Counted from the stretch's first letter, positions 38,480 through 48,555 are shown. The stretch is DNA of 49,190 nt from Dehalococcoidales bacterium (GCA_016927955.1 JAFGLR010000027.1:1-49190); one strand, 5' to 3'. Numbers and translations are program-made. Notes: generated from the letters alone by a model not told the origin.

Positions 38480-39484
38480 TTATACCCCGGAACCGCAGAG
38501 TTCGACTACCAGAATATTAAGAGCAAGTTCACCATCATATTTACCGGTCTTGATAGCCATGTCGGTATCCAGTAGTTTTTCATAAAACTGCTTCAATCGC
38601 GGTATCGAATATTTACCGGCCTGCTCTAGTGTTTTTTGTAACGGATAATCGGAAAGTCCGAGTATAGTTTGAATATCCAGTTTACTTTTCTTCCGGGCAA
38701 GTAATTCTTTAGACAGAACAATAAACCTTATCTGGCGATGGAGCATCCATAGTAAATAAGTTGGCGTCGCGCCTCTTTCCATCAATTGCTGGAGTAATTC
38801 TTCAGCAAGACCGGAACTGTTTTCCAGAATCGCATCAACCATAGCAAACACGCTGGTTTCCTGGGCGTGACTGACGGTAGCTTTAATATCCTTTTCCTCG
38901 ATAAACTTGCCGTTAGCGTATAGAGTAAGTTTATCGATTTCATTAGCCATTGCCCAAAGGTCGTTACCAACCAGTTTTGCCATCAGTGCAACTGACGGCA
39001 TTGAAATCTTACCGCCGGATTGAGCCACCCGTTTTTGTATCCAGGCGGCTAGTTCAGCTCTTTTTAATAGAGGAAATGTTTTAACTTGAGCCTTCCCTGA
39101 TAGTTCTTTCAGTAAAGGATTCCGGCCGGTTATTGCAGTATCGACGAGCACCAGTACGGTGGTTTCCGGAAGATTATTCAGACATTCTACCATCTGCTGC
39201 CAGTCTTTATTCCGGTCGGTGTTACGAGAGGATTTTTTTACAGTGGCAGGCCTTGCTTTTGTTTCGAAACGTTCGAGCAGTCCGTATAAGATAACCAGGC
39301 GTTTCTCGGCTAAAAAGGGTACGGTTTCACAGGCGATTTTAAGGTCGGTTAACGATACTTTTTCGCCTTCTATCTCCATGATGTTTGTACCGGCAGCTAT
39401 ATCGTTGCCGACACTCTTTTTAATACTCTCGAGTTCCTGATGTAATGTATAATTATCCAGTCCGTATAAAATATATAACAACAA
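38480..39484 (-). CDS. holA: DNA polymerase III delta subunit
   Basis: Motifs YILYG, PFLAEKRLV, NEIDKL and D.AIKTG. Confidence 0.92.
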   Translation of the reverse strand: MLLYILYGLDNYTLHQELESIKKSVGNDIAAGTNIMEIEGEKVSLTDLKIACETVPFLAEKRLVILYGLLERFETKARPATVKKSSRNTDRNKDWQQMVECLNNLPETTVLVLVDTAITGRNPLLKELSGKAQVKTFPLLKRAELAAWIQKRVAQSGGKISMPSVALMAKLVGNDLWAMANEIDKLTLYANGKFIEEKDIKATVSHAQETSVFAMVDAILENSSGLAEELLQQLMERGATPTYLLWMLHRQIRFIVLSKELLARKKSKLDIQTILGLSDYPLQKTLEQAGKYSIPRLKQFYEKLLDTDMAIKTGKYDGELALNILVVELCGSGV

Positions 39485-39531
39485 ATAACCTCGTTTATTA
39501 AAATATTATGAAAGCCGGGAATATTACTGAA

Positions 39532-40812
39532 TTATTGTTTCTTTTTAGCTTCTCGTTCCCGGAGCCAGTTATAAACCAACCGGGTTTCACCCTGCTTGGT
39601 AATTACCTTACCATTGAGCTTTGCCGCGTGTAACAGATGCAATAGTCTATTTATATCCGGACCTTGAGGTACACCCATCCGTTTCAGGTCGTTACCATTA
39701 AGCCTGAGTTTTACGTGGCGAAGCTTAGTTAAATAATTCTCAATATGTTTTTCGATAGCCGTAATATCTGTCGCGATTAAGTTTGTGATTACGGCAAGTT
39801 CCAGATAACCATCGAGTACGAAATAGACCTCGCTATTAGGTAGAGATGGTGTATTCAGGGCACATATTTTCCCCTTTAAATCTATAGTATTTTTTAACAC
39901 TTGTGTCATCGTCCGCTTTAACCGTAAGTAAGCAACTATAGCTGCCAGTTCGTTTGTGTTTAAAGAATATACTAACAATCCTAAGTATACGGTGACCAAC
40001 GACACATCAGATAATCCCATCACTCGGGCTTCGGAATATTTTTCTTTCAGCCACTCAACTCCGGTTAACGCAGGACTAAGTTTAGCCAAAACTCTTAATT
40101 CATCGGCACGGCAGAATACTTTTTCCGGTTCTTTCTCTTTCAGAATGATTTCAATTTCATGGCGGATACGGTCACCTGAGATAGTATCCAGCATATTTAT
40201 GTCGCGCTTGAGTAATTGGAGAGTCCCTGTCTCAATTTTAAATTTTAACCGCTGCTCATAGCGTATGGCCCGCCAGATACGTGTAGCGTCGTCGACGAAG
40301 CTCTTTTCATGAAGAACCCGAATACATCTATTTTTTACATCAGACATACCACGATAAGGGTCAATCAGTTCACCGAAACTGTCCCGGTGCAGCGAAATCG
40401 CCATGGCATTTATAGAGAAATCACGCCGGAAAAGGTCACGGTTGATATTACTGGGGGTTACTTCGGGTAATACGCCCGGCTGGGAATATATCTCGGATCG
40501 TGCCGTCGCTAAATCAATGCTTATATGATTCCATTTGATATTAGCCGTACCAAATGCCTGATGTACGGTTATTTTCATCCGGCTAAGCGGTATTGATTTA
40601 GCCAGAGCAATGGCATTACCCTCGACGACCAGGTCTATGTCAATAGGGGAAAGGCCTAGGAGTAAATCACGTACCGCACCGCCGACTAAGTAAATATTTT
40701 GTCCTTGCCGGGCGGCCGTTTCACCGATTGTATGCAAGAACACTTCGAGTTCAGTAGATAATTGCTTTAATAAACGGCTGGAAAGGTTAATATTTGCTGG
40801 CAATGCTGTCAT
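39532..40812 (-). CDS. Class II tRNA nucleotidyltransferase (possibly A-adding type)
   Basis: Motifs VGGAVRD, DIDLVV, RRDFSINAMA and SFVDDATRIWRAIRYEQR. Confidence 0.88.
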   Translation of the reverse strand: MTALPANINLSSRLLKQLSTELEVFLHTIGETAARQGQNIYLVGGAVRDLLLGLSPIDIDLVVEGNAIALAKSIPLSRMKITVHQAFGTANIKWNHISIDLATARSEIYSQPGVLPEVTPSNINRDLFRRDFSINAMAISLHRDSFGELIDPYRGMSDVKNRCIRVLHEKSFVDDATRIWRAIRYEQRLKFKIETGTLQLLKRDINMLDTISGDRIRHEIEIILKEKEPEKVFCRADELRVLAKLSPALTGVEWLKEKYSEARVMGLSDVSLVTVYLGLLVYSLNTNELAAIVAYLRLKRTMTQVLKNTIDLKGKICALNTPSLPNSEVYFVLDGYLELAVITNLIATDITAIEKHIENYLTKLRHVKLRLNGNDLKRMGVPQGPDINRLLHLLHAAKLNGKVITKQGETRLVYNWLREREAKKKQ

Positions 40813-40920
40813 CCTTCAATGAAATTGTAGTCCAAATTATATCATATCCCGTCAATCGATTCAGCAGAAACAAATGTGCTTTTGCGATTTATGACATACT
40901 TGCCTATAATAAATACAATA

Positions 40921-41463
40921 ATGAGAATTGCGGCAATAGTAGGTATGCCCGGTACCGGAAAATCGGAAGTAGCTGAAGTTTTTGAACGAAGCGGTTTTAG
41001 CCGTATTCGGTTTGGTGATATTACCGACGAAGAAGTTGCTAAACGTGGTCTGCCCTTAAATGAAGCAAACGAAAAACTTGTCCGCGAGCAATTGCGACAA
41101 GAACATGGTATGGCGGCTTACGCTATACTTAATTTACCGAAAATAGAAAAAGCATTACAAAAAACGAATGTGGTTATTGATGGGTTATATTCTTGGGAAG
41201 AATATCTTTATTTAAAAGCCAAGTTTACGGATAGTTTTTTTGTGATAGCGGTCTGGACCTCGCCAACCACACGGTATCATCGTTTAACAACTCGAAAAAG
41301 GCGTCCGCTAACAGTCTCCGAAGCTGCTGCCCGTGATAAGTCAGAAATAGAAAATGTAAATAAAGGCGGCCCGATAGCAATGGCCGATTTTACCATAACT
41401 AACGAATCTACTATGGAAGACCTTATTAAACAAACGAAACAAGTAGTTGCTAGAATAAAGTGA
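40921..41463 (+). CDS. P-loop nucleotide kinase-like protein (dephospho-CoA kinase/NMP kinase fold)
   Basis: Motifs GMPGTGKS, VVIDG, R..RL..R and RD..E...GGPIAMAD. Confidence 0.8.
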   Translation: MRIAAIVGMPGTGKSEVAEVFERSGFSRIRFGDITDEEVAKRGLPLNEANEKLVREQLRQEHGMAAYAILNLPKIEKALQKTNVVIDGLYSWEEYLYLKAKFTDSFFVIAVWTSPTTRYHRLTTRKRRPLTVSEAAARDKSEIENVNKGGPIAMADFTITNESTMEDLIKQTKQVVARIK

Positions 41464-41470
41464 GTGAAAT

Positions 41471-41941
41471 ATGAGACCAAATATAGATGAATATTTTTTA
41501 AAAATAGCCTCAGTTGTCGGAGAACGTTCCACCTGCCGGAGACACCATATGGGGGCAGTGGCGGTACGGGACAAGCATATACTGGCTACCGGTTATAATG
41601 GTGCCGCTGCCGGATTAAAGGACTGCCTGGAACTGGGTTGCTTACGCGATGAATTAGAGATTCCGTCGGGTACCCGCCACGAAATCTGCCGGGCAATTCA
41701 CGCCGAACAGAATGTTATAATTCAGGCTGGCCTACACGGTGTGAGTTTGGAAGGTGCGACGGTATATTGTACGCATACGCCTTGTGTATTATGTGCTAAA
41801 ATGCTGGTAAATGCCAGAATTAAACGATTTGTCAGTTTTCGTAAATATAACGATGACGAGTTCGTTGCACTATTTCGGGAAGCGGGAATTAAAGTCGAAA
41901 TAAAGAAAAGGCCACTATACCGAATTACTTATTTGGATTAA
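41471..41941 (+). CDS. dCMP deaminase (ComEB-like)
   Basis: Motifs RSTC.R, TGYNG, HAEQN and PCVLC. Confidence 0.92.
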   Translation: MRPNIDEYFLKIASVVGERSTCRRHHMGAVAVRDKHILATGYNGAAAGLKDCLELGCLRDELEIPSGTRHEICRAIHAEQNVIIQAGLHGVSLEGATVYCTHTPCVLCAKMLVNARIKRFVSFRKYNDDEFVALFREAGIKVEIKKRPLYRITYLD

Positions 41942-42001
41942 TACGGATAAATAATTATATATGGTATATATGGTATAATAAATCTAAACAGATATAAATA
42001 A

Positions 42002-42910
42002 ATGCAAAACGCTAAATTTATTGTTAATCCCGTTGCGGGTGCCTTATCAACCAAGAAAAAGTGGCCTCTTATCAGCAGTCTTTTAAAACACCTCGGTGTT
42101 AGTTTCGATTATCAATATACTGAAGGTATCGGGCATGCCATTGAACTGGCTAAAGATGCTACTAACAGAGGTTACGACCATGTTGTTGCCGTAGGCGGTG
42201 ACGGTACGATTAACGAAGTTGCTAACGGTATATTAACTTCAAAAAGTATTGCCTCTACTACATTAGGCGTTATCAGCACCGGCACCGGCAGCGATTTTAT
42301 ACGGTCGGTCGGGATTCCTCATGATTATATAGAAGCCTGCTCTTGCCTGTCGCAAGGACAATCAAAGCCTGTCGATATCGGAGTGGTTGAATATCAAAAA
42401 AATAATATACCGATGCAACGGTATTTTATAAATACCGCCGGTATTGGTTTTGATGCGGCTGTAATATCATCTGTCGAAAAATCATCCAAACGCCTGGGTG
42501 GTACCATTCCATTTTTACTCGGAGTATTACGTACTTTGGTTACTTATCGGAATAAAGTAGTAAAGGTAACGATTGGCGATAATGAAGAAAGTAAAAAGGT
42601 CGTTATGGTAATGGTCGCCAACGGAAGGTACGGTGGCGGCGGCATGAAATTCGCCCCGACAGCCCAATTGGATGACGGATTACTGGATATGTTGATTATT
42701 TCCGATATGGGCAAGCTGGAGTTACTGAAAGCATTTCCTACAGTATATAAAGGAACGCATATCAACAATCCAAAAGTAAAATTATTACAGACCGACCATG
42801 TTAAAATAGATTCATTAGAGAAAATTCCGGTTTACGCTGATGGCGAACTACTCGGTGAGGGGCCGATAGTATTCCGGTTGCTTCCGGCCATGCTTAGAAT
42901 CAAAGTTTAA
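42002..42910 (+). CDS. Diacylglycerol kinase family lipid kinase (YegS/BmrU-like)
   Basis: Motifs IVNP.AG, GGDGTINEV, GTGSDF, G.GFDA and DGE. Confidence 0.93.
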   Translation: MQNAKFIVNPVAGALSTKKKWPLISSLLKHLGVSFDYQYTEGIGHAIELAKDATNRGYDHVVAVGGDGTINEVANGILTSKSIASTTLGVISTGTGSDFIRSVGIPHDYIEACSCLSQGQSKPVDIGVVEYQKNNIPMQRYFINTAGIGFDAAVISSVEKSSKRLGGTIPFLLGVLRTLVTYRNKVVKVTIGDNEESKKVVMVMVANGRYGGGGMKFAPTAQLDDGLLDMLIISDMGKLELLKAFPTVYKGTHINNPKVKLLQTDHVKIDSLEKIPVYADGELLGEGPIVFRLLPAMLRIKV

Positions 42911-42920
42911 AACCGGTAAT

Positions 42921-43430
42921 TCAAATATTTTCGCCCTGGTATTTCCCCTGGTAGCCTTCGGTTTCCCCATCCAATTTGAAGAAAACCAACTGGTTGACCC
43001 GTGCGTGTTTTTGCATGACAAAGCCTTGAGGATTATATACTACCAATAGGCACTGAGATCGCCCGGTATAACCGGCGTCCCAGACCGCATTATGTATTGC
43101 CACGCCACAACGTAAGAGACTGGATCTTGGTTTGGCCAGTGCCATAATATTATTAGGCAGGTGGACTATTTCGTTCAAGGTAATCAAGTAATTTCCCGGT
43201 GCCAGTTTCAAATTACCATCTTTATCGAAATCCAATGGTTTGAGTTCCGAAGTGACTCTTTTACTATTTTCCACAGAGATAATTCCCGGCGTTAATAAAG
43301 CAGATACATCCCGCAGTGTTAGGTCGAATCCGTTTGGTTGGAGCTGCTCGTCGAGGTTAATATAATCATCGATAAGCGGTGGCTTTCGCATAATCAAACG
43401 CTTAATTTCATTTTTCGATAATACGGACAT
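42921..43430 (-). CDS. Trimeric dUTPase/dCTP deaminase family protein
   Basis: Motifs QPNGFDLTL, PRSSLLR, WDAGY.G and Y.G.YQG. Confidence 0.88.
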   Translation of the reverse strand: MSVLSKNEIKRLIMRKPPLIDDYINLDEQLQPNGFDLTLRDVSALLTPGIISVENSKRVTSELKPLDFDKDGNLKLAPGNYLITLNEIVHLPNNIMALAKPRSSLLRCGVAIHNAVWDAGYTGRSQCLLVVYNPQGFVMQKHARVNQLVFFKLDGETEGYQGKYQGENI

Positions 43431-43607
43431 GTTTAGTTTATGCTCACTCTTTATTAAGCTTTAACGAAGTATATCATTACGGAAGAATTCATGTCCATCG
43501 AATTTGGTAAAAATATTAAATGGTGCTATTGACAGAATCGGTCAAACATAGTTTATAATTAATCATCTTACCCTGATACTTAAAATTCTAAATGGGAGGC
43601 TGTGGGT

Positions 43608-44444
43608 ATGGTAGTTAAAATAGTTACCGATAGCAGTGCCGATCTGCCTGCAAACATTGCCAAGGAATTAGATATTACTGTGGTTCCGCTATATGTAAGG
43701 TTCGGCGAACAGGTTTACCGCGATAGGGTTGATATCACCGAAGATGAATTCTATAAAAGGCTAACCGAGGATACAGTTCATCCAAATACTATACAGCCAA
43801 GCCCTCAAGATTTTACCAACGTTTATAAGGATTTGGGTAAAGATGCTGATGGTATAGTATCCATCCATATTTCGTCTAAACTTAGCGGCACATCGAATTC
43901 GGCTTTGCAGGCCAAAGAGTATTGTAAGGGAGTTCAGATAGAAGTAATCGATTCCCAGTTACTCTCGGCAGCCCTCGCTTTAATCACGATATCAGCCGCA
44001 AAAATGGCAAAAGAGGGAGCTAAATTGGTAGACGTGGTGAAACACGTTAACAAAGCTATTCAAAACACTTATCTGGAAGGTCTGTTGGATACGCTTAAAT
44101 ACCTGATGCTGGGCGGCCGTATCGGAAAAGCTAAAGCCTTGGTCGGCTCTCTTTTAAATATAAAACCGGTTCTAATTCTTAAGGACGGTGAAGTAATGCC
44201 GGCCGGCCAGGTTAGAAGCCGTTCCAAAGGAATAGAAAGACTTTTTGAGTTCGCTAAAAATGCTAAGAATCCTAAAGGTATATCAATAGCGTATAATACT
44301 ACTCCCGTCGAAGCTCAGGCACTGGCAGAAAGGATTGCCGCAGCGAAAATCTTTGATTTGGATAAAATATTGATGGTTAGAATCGGCCCGATGCTGGGTG
44401 TTCATATGGGACCGGGTACGATTATTGTTGCATACCAAGAATAG
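43608..44444 (+). CDS. DegV-family fatty-acid-binding protein
   Basis: Motifs IVTDSSADL, SSKLSGT, GGRIG, LNIKP and H.GPG. Confidence 0.94.
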   Translation: MVVKIVTDSSADLPANIAKELDITVVPLYVRFGEQVYRDRVDITEDEFYKRLTEDTVHPNTIQPSPQDFTNVYKDLGKDADGIVSIHISSKLSGTSNSALQAKEYCKGVQIEVIDSQLLSAALALITISAAKMAKEGAKLVDVVKHVNKAIQNTYLEGLLDTLKYLMLGGRIGKAKALVGSLLNIKPVLILKDGEVMPAGQVRSRSKGIERLFEFAKNAKNPKGISIAYNTTPVEAQALAERIAAAKIFDLDKILMVRIGPMLGVHMGPGTIIVAYQE

Positions 44445-44469
44445 GCAAATAGAATAACACGCGGTTACG

Positions 44470-44504
44470 ATAAGGGCTTGTTGTTATTATGGACAAGCCC
44501 TTAT
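44470..44504 (+). terminator. Hairpin after the DegV gene
   Basis: 12-bp stem ATAAGGGCTTGT/ACAAGCCCTTAT. Confidence 0.6.
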
Positions 44505-44624
44505 ATAATTTTGGATTTGCACATATACCCTGAAACTGGTAAATTTGTTTTCGGTAAGGTATGTAATACTTTCCCTATAAAATCCGTATAGATTATTAGG
44601 AGGGAAAGTACTTGGAGAACTTCT

Positions 44625-45179
44625 TTGTTATTCGGAATACACGGGTCTGAAAATGAAGTAAACAAAGTCGCCAGAAGTACTGCTGAAATCTTTGCGGAGC
44701 TTTACGAACAAAATATCTCGAAGGTTCTTAGGTATATTAGCTACCGGGTTTCCGATATGGATACCGCTGAAGACATTACCTCTATTGTGTTCGAAAAAGC
44801 TTTGGGGAAATTTGATAGTTTTCGTGCAGAGAGAGCCAGCTTTTCAACCTGGGTTTTATCCATTGCCCGTAATGCCGTTACGGACCATTACCGTGCTATG
44901 GGGAAAGAGCAAGAATTCCAGCAAAGTAGTATAAGGAGTTCCGTATCTCAGACTGTGTCGCCGGATGATGAGATGGTTAAAACCGAAGAGCTAAACAAAC
45001 TAAAGGATGCTCTCTCCGGGTTAAATGCCCAGGAAAAGGAAATTATTGCAATGAAATTTGGCGGCGAGTTGACAAATAGAGAGATAGCGAAATCACTGGG
45101 CCTTTCCGATTCGAATGTAGGTATTATTATTTATCGTACGGTTAGAAAATTACGGGACTCGTTTGGGGTTGGCAGATGA
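44625..45179 (+). CDS. ECF RNA polymerase sigma factor
   Basis: Region 2 AEDIT..VF...FSTWVLSIARN..TDHYR. Region 4 LTNREIAKSLG. Confidence 0.92.
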   Translation: MLFGIHGSENEVNKVARSTAEIFAELYEQNISKVLRYISYRVSDMDTAEDITSIVFEKALGKFDSFRAERASFSTWVLSIARNAVTDHYRAMGKEQEFQQSSIRSSVSQTVSPDDEMVKTEELNKLKDALSGLNAQEKEIIAMKFGGELTNREIAKSLGLSDSNVGIIIYRTVRKLRDSFGVGR

Positions 45180-46012
45180 GCAAAGAAAATAAGGAAGAGA
45201 AATTATTTAACGGGGTGATAGACCGTATCTTAGCCGGTGAGTCTATAAAAATAGATACGGCTGATGATGACCTGCGCTCTACCATTGAATTTGCCATGAA
45301 AATAAAGGAATTACGAACAAGTCCCACCGAACCGTTTAAAGCAAATTTAAAGGCGAAATTGTTACAACAACTTCGCGAAAAAGAAGTTCAGAAAAAAAGA
45401 GTTGGCTGGTGGCCGCGCACCTTCCAACGACGTATAGTCTGGCAATTGGCGACGACTGTAGCAGTAGTACTTATTGCCATAGGGATAACCTGGCGGGCCG
45501 GTTTTTATCAGCCGGGTGACGATATGAATATTATAGCCCAAACGCCGAAATATACCGACGCTGGGACGTTAGAACACACTTTTCCCTTAACAGGTGGTAC
45601 GGCTACGGATTCAGGCACTACCGAAACCTTCACTGTGGCTACAAGGCAAGCAACCGGAATAATGGCAAATGTGGTTACTGATAAACCGGATTATTTTATC
45701 GGAGAAGATGTAAATATTATCGTATCCCTGATAAACAATTTTGCTAATACTATAGAATTTCCGCCATTCCCACCGGTATATATTACTGACTCTAACGGTC
45801 AGGTGATGTATACATCCGATAGCGGTAACGGTGTAAAAGTATTATTAACCGGGGATATTTACGAATATTCGATTATCTGGAATCAATTTGATATTAATAA
45901 CAATAGAAATGTTGCAACGGGTATTTATTATCTGACAGTCGGTAATATTGTTAATGCCAGCAATATGACACAAGTTTGTAATGCTCCTGCCAGTTTTACC
46001 ATTGTGCCATAG
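45176..46012 (+). CDS. Probable membrane-spanning anti-sigma factor with an extracellular Ig-like domain
   Basis: ATGA overlap with the sigma gene. Single TM helix. C-terminal TDK..Y..GE.V.I....WNQ......V..G.Y pattern. Confidence 0.75.
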   Translation: MSKENKEEKLFNGVIDRILAGESIKIDTADDDLRSTIEFAMKIKELRTSPTEPFKANLKAKLLQQLREKEVQKKRVGWWPRTFQRRIVWQLATTVAVVLIAIGITWRAGFYQPGDDMNIIAQTPKYTDAGTLEHTFPLTGGTATDSGTTETFTVATRQATGIMANVVTDKPDYFIGEDVNIIVSLINNFANTIEFPPFPPVYITDSNGQVMYTSDSGNGVKVLLTGDIYEYSIIWNQFDINNNRNVATGIYYLTVGNIVNASNMTQVCNAPASFTIVP

Positions 46013-46049
46013 TGTAATAGAGCAAATGTAAGGATCAGATTACGGAATC

Positions 46050-46086
46050 AAAACGGGTGGTAAAATATCTTGCCACCTGTTTTTTC
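46050..46086 (+). terminator. Intrinsic terminator
   Basis: AAAACGGGTGGTAA/TTGCCACCTGTTTT stem followed by a T run. Confidence 0.7.
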
Positions 46087-46220
46087 TTAATTTATTTACA
46101 ATTAGACCTGAATTAACAAAAGTAAGTTTGATTAATAATAGTGGCAGTTCGATATCAAACAGTGATAATATTTTACTGTTGAGTATATGCCTTGTAAAAA
46201 CTTAAAAGGGAATTAAAGTA

Positions 46221-46985
46221 ATGACTGTGATAAAGATTATGCCATGCCTTGATATGAAAAACGGACGGGTTGTAAAAGGGGTCCATTTTGTTGATATAAA
46301 AGATGCCGGTGACCCGGTAGAAAATGCCGGATATTATGAAAGAGAAGGTGCCGATGAGCTGGCAATGCTTGATATTGCCGCGACCGTGGAAAATCGAAAA
46401 ACCAGACTGGAATGGGTAAGAAACGTATCTAAAGCGATAAGCATTCCACTAACAGTTGGAGGCGGTATTTCTACTCTTGAGGATATTGAACTGGTTCTGG
46501 CGGCGGGAGCGGATAAAGTGTCGATGAACAGTGCGGCGGTTAAAAATCCCGACCTGGTAAAACAGGCATCTAAAAAATATGGCAACGACAAGATTACCGT
46601 GGCTATCGATGCGAGAAGAAATGAAGCGATGCCATCCGGGTTTGAACTGGTGGTTAACGGCGGTACGACACCCGTCCTAAAGGATGCAGTGGTATGGGCA
46701 AAACAATGTCAGGAGTTCGGTGCCGGTATAATCTTGCCCACGAGTATGGACGGCGATGGAACACAAGCCGGTTATGATTTGGAATATACCAATGCAATTT
46801 CGAGTGCGGTTAAATTACCGGTGGTTGCATCCGGGGGAGCGGGTAAGCTGGAACATTTCTATGAGGGTGTGGTAAAAGGTGGAGCTCGAATATTACTGGC
46901 TGCTTCAGTATTCCATTTCCGCTTGTTGAGTATTAAACAGGTAAAAGAATACCTCAGGGATAAAGGAATACAGGTAAACTTATAG
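46221..46985 (+). CDS. hisF: Imidazole glycerol phosphate synthase cyclase subunit
   Basis: Motifs PCLD..GRVVKG, GADEL, VGGGI, TSMD.DGT..GYD and ASGGAG. Confidence 0.93.
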   Translation: MTVIKIMPCLDMKNGRVVKGVHFVDIKDAGDPVENAGYYEREGADELAMLDIAATVENRKTRLEWVRNVSKAISIPLTVGGGISTLEDIELVLAAGADKVSMNSAAVKNPDLVKQASKKYGNDKITVAIDARRNEAMPSGFELVVNGGTTPVLKDAVVWAKQCQEFGAGIILPTSMDGDGTQAGYDLEYTNAISSAVKLPVVASGGAGKLEHFYEGVVKGGARILLAASVFHFRLLSIKQVKEYLRDKGIQVNL

Positions 46986-47013
46986 AGGCATATAAGGACT
47001 ATCCGGCCAGGGA

Positions 47014-47841
47014 TTAAGTTCTCAAATGCTTATCCAGAAAACTCAGGGCTTTATCAAGATTTTCCCGGGAATAGTGAATAGAGTCGAAATGGTTAGCGTT
47101 TTCGACCAAATTAAGCACTACATTTTCTTTACCTATTGCTGCGGTTAATGCCTTGGCAAAATTGACGCTCTGTAAGTAGGGGACGATTTCATCCGCAGTT
47201 CCTGCCTGGAGATAAAACGGTACACTATCTGCAGATATATAAGTCATCGGACTGATGGTTGCACCCCTTTTTGGATATATTGATAGTTTTCCGCCTAATA
47301 TCAAAGACAAGCCGGTAGTTTCATTATCATGAATTGGCATCTTACCCATGCTGACCAATTGCGAATCTATATTATTAAAGTCCATCGGGCTTATTAGTGC
47401 GACTACGGCATTAATCCCGCTGGATTGAAAAGGGTTGCCCATTGATAAATCTTCAAGTTCTTTAACTCCAGCTGTCGTACCCAATAGAGAAGCGAGTACG
47501 CTACCGGCTGATATACCCCAGGCGGCAATCTTAGCAGGATTTAGATTATATAGGGAGGCATTTGCCCTAATCCATCTTACAGAGGCTTTAGCGTCATATA
47601 TTTGTGCCGGGAAAAGAGCTTCATTAGCCAGACGGTAATTAGCAGCGACCACGGCATATCCTTTGTTTAATGAAGTATTAAGAAGATACTTTACCATGTC
47701 TTTACTTCCTTCGGTAAATCCGCCTGGGTGTAGAAATAGAATTACAGGCCAGGGTCCTGCGAGGCTGGATGGAAAATAAATATCCAACTTTTGTCTCGCC
47801 GATTTTTCGGCGTATGCTATATTATGCAATGATTCAATCAT
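47014..47841 (-). CDS. Alpha/beta hydrolase (BD-FAE/HSL-like esterase)
   Basis: HPGGF oxyanion motif, G.SAG nucleophile, GTADEIVP and NH. Confidence 0.88.
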   Translation of the reverse strand: MIESLHNIAYAEKSARQKLDIYFPSSLAGPWPVILFLHPGGFTEGSKDMVKYLLNTSLNKGYAVVAANYRLANEALFPAQIYDAKASVRWIRANASLYNLNPAKIAAWGISAGSVLASLLGTTAGVKELEDLSMGNPFQSSGINAVVALISPMDFNNIDSQLVSMGKMPIHDNETTGLSLILGGKLSIYPKRGATISPMTYISADSVPFYLQAGTADEIVPYLQSVNFAKALTAAIGKENVVLNLVENANHFDSIHYSRENLDKALSFLDKHLRT

Positions 47842-47937
47842 ATTTTCCTCTGTACTAAATTTAATAAATCAAAGATAGTGGTTATTCGGCAGGTGAGCGT
47901 TACGCGTCAATATAGAAATATTGATTAGAAAAGATAA

Positions 47938-48555
47938 CTAAGCCCTTTTTAAGGTATGGTGGATAACTTTTTGTTGATAAATAGGCCCGATAGGTCTTAA
48001 TCCGGAATGATAAACATTTGCCGGTTGGGATGCTCTGATAGTGTGGTATACAACCTTCTCTTGTTCACTGGGTGCAGCATTATATTGCGGGAAGCTGGCC
48101 CGTAATATATGCCGGGCTGTGTTATTATTCAACCTGCGGCTGTCAGTTATATATTGGCGTTGAAATACTGCTCGGGTCTTCTTGTCCAAATCATCATGCC
48201 ATGGCGTTACATGTTGATTAGTATAACCGTAACGGTTTGTATTTAAGGTGTTCATTTGATAATTATATGAACGGTTGTGAAAATTATCAGCAGTATTCAT
48301 TCGTAGCGCTCGTGCATCATTAACTAAACGGTGAACGATAACAGGTTTTGTTAAGTGGCCAAGGCGTTGGAATCCGGTGACTTCTTTATATTGTAGATAA
48401 CGCCGAACCAGAACTTCCAGGTCGCTTAACTTGTCCTTACGCTGCTTGCGTATAAGGAAAGAAACGGCTAAAAGTACTGCTCCAAAAGGCGTAGTAAACG
48501 GTTCGGGTAATAACAAAAGTGCAACTGCTATTCCCATTAGCCAATTGCGTTTCAT
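47938..48555 (-). CDS. Hypothetical protein with an N-terminal hydrophobic hairpin
   Basis: 205-aa ORF with LLLLPEPFTTPFGAVLL. TTGACA-18-TAGAAT promoter at 48629-48600. Confidence 0.65.
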   Translation of the reverse strand: MKRNWLMGIAVALLLLPEPFTTPFGAVLLAVSFLIRKQRKDKLSDLEVLVRRYLQYKEVTGFQRLGHLTKPVIVHRLVNDARALRMNTADNFHNRSYNYQMNTLNTNRYGYTNQHVTPWHDDLDKKTRAVFQRQYITDSRRLNNNTARHILRASFPQYNAAPSEQEKVVYHTIRASQPANVYHSGLRPIGPIYQQKVIHHTLKRA

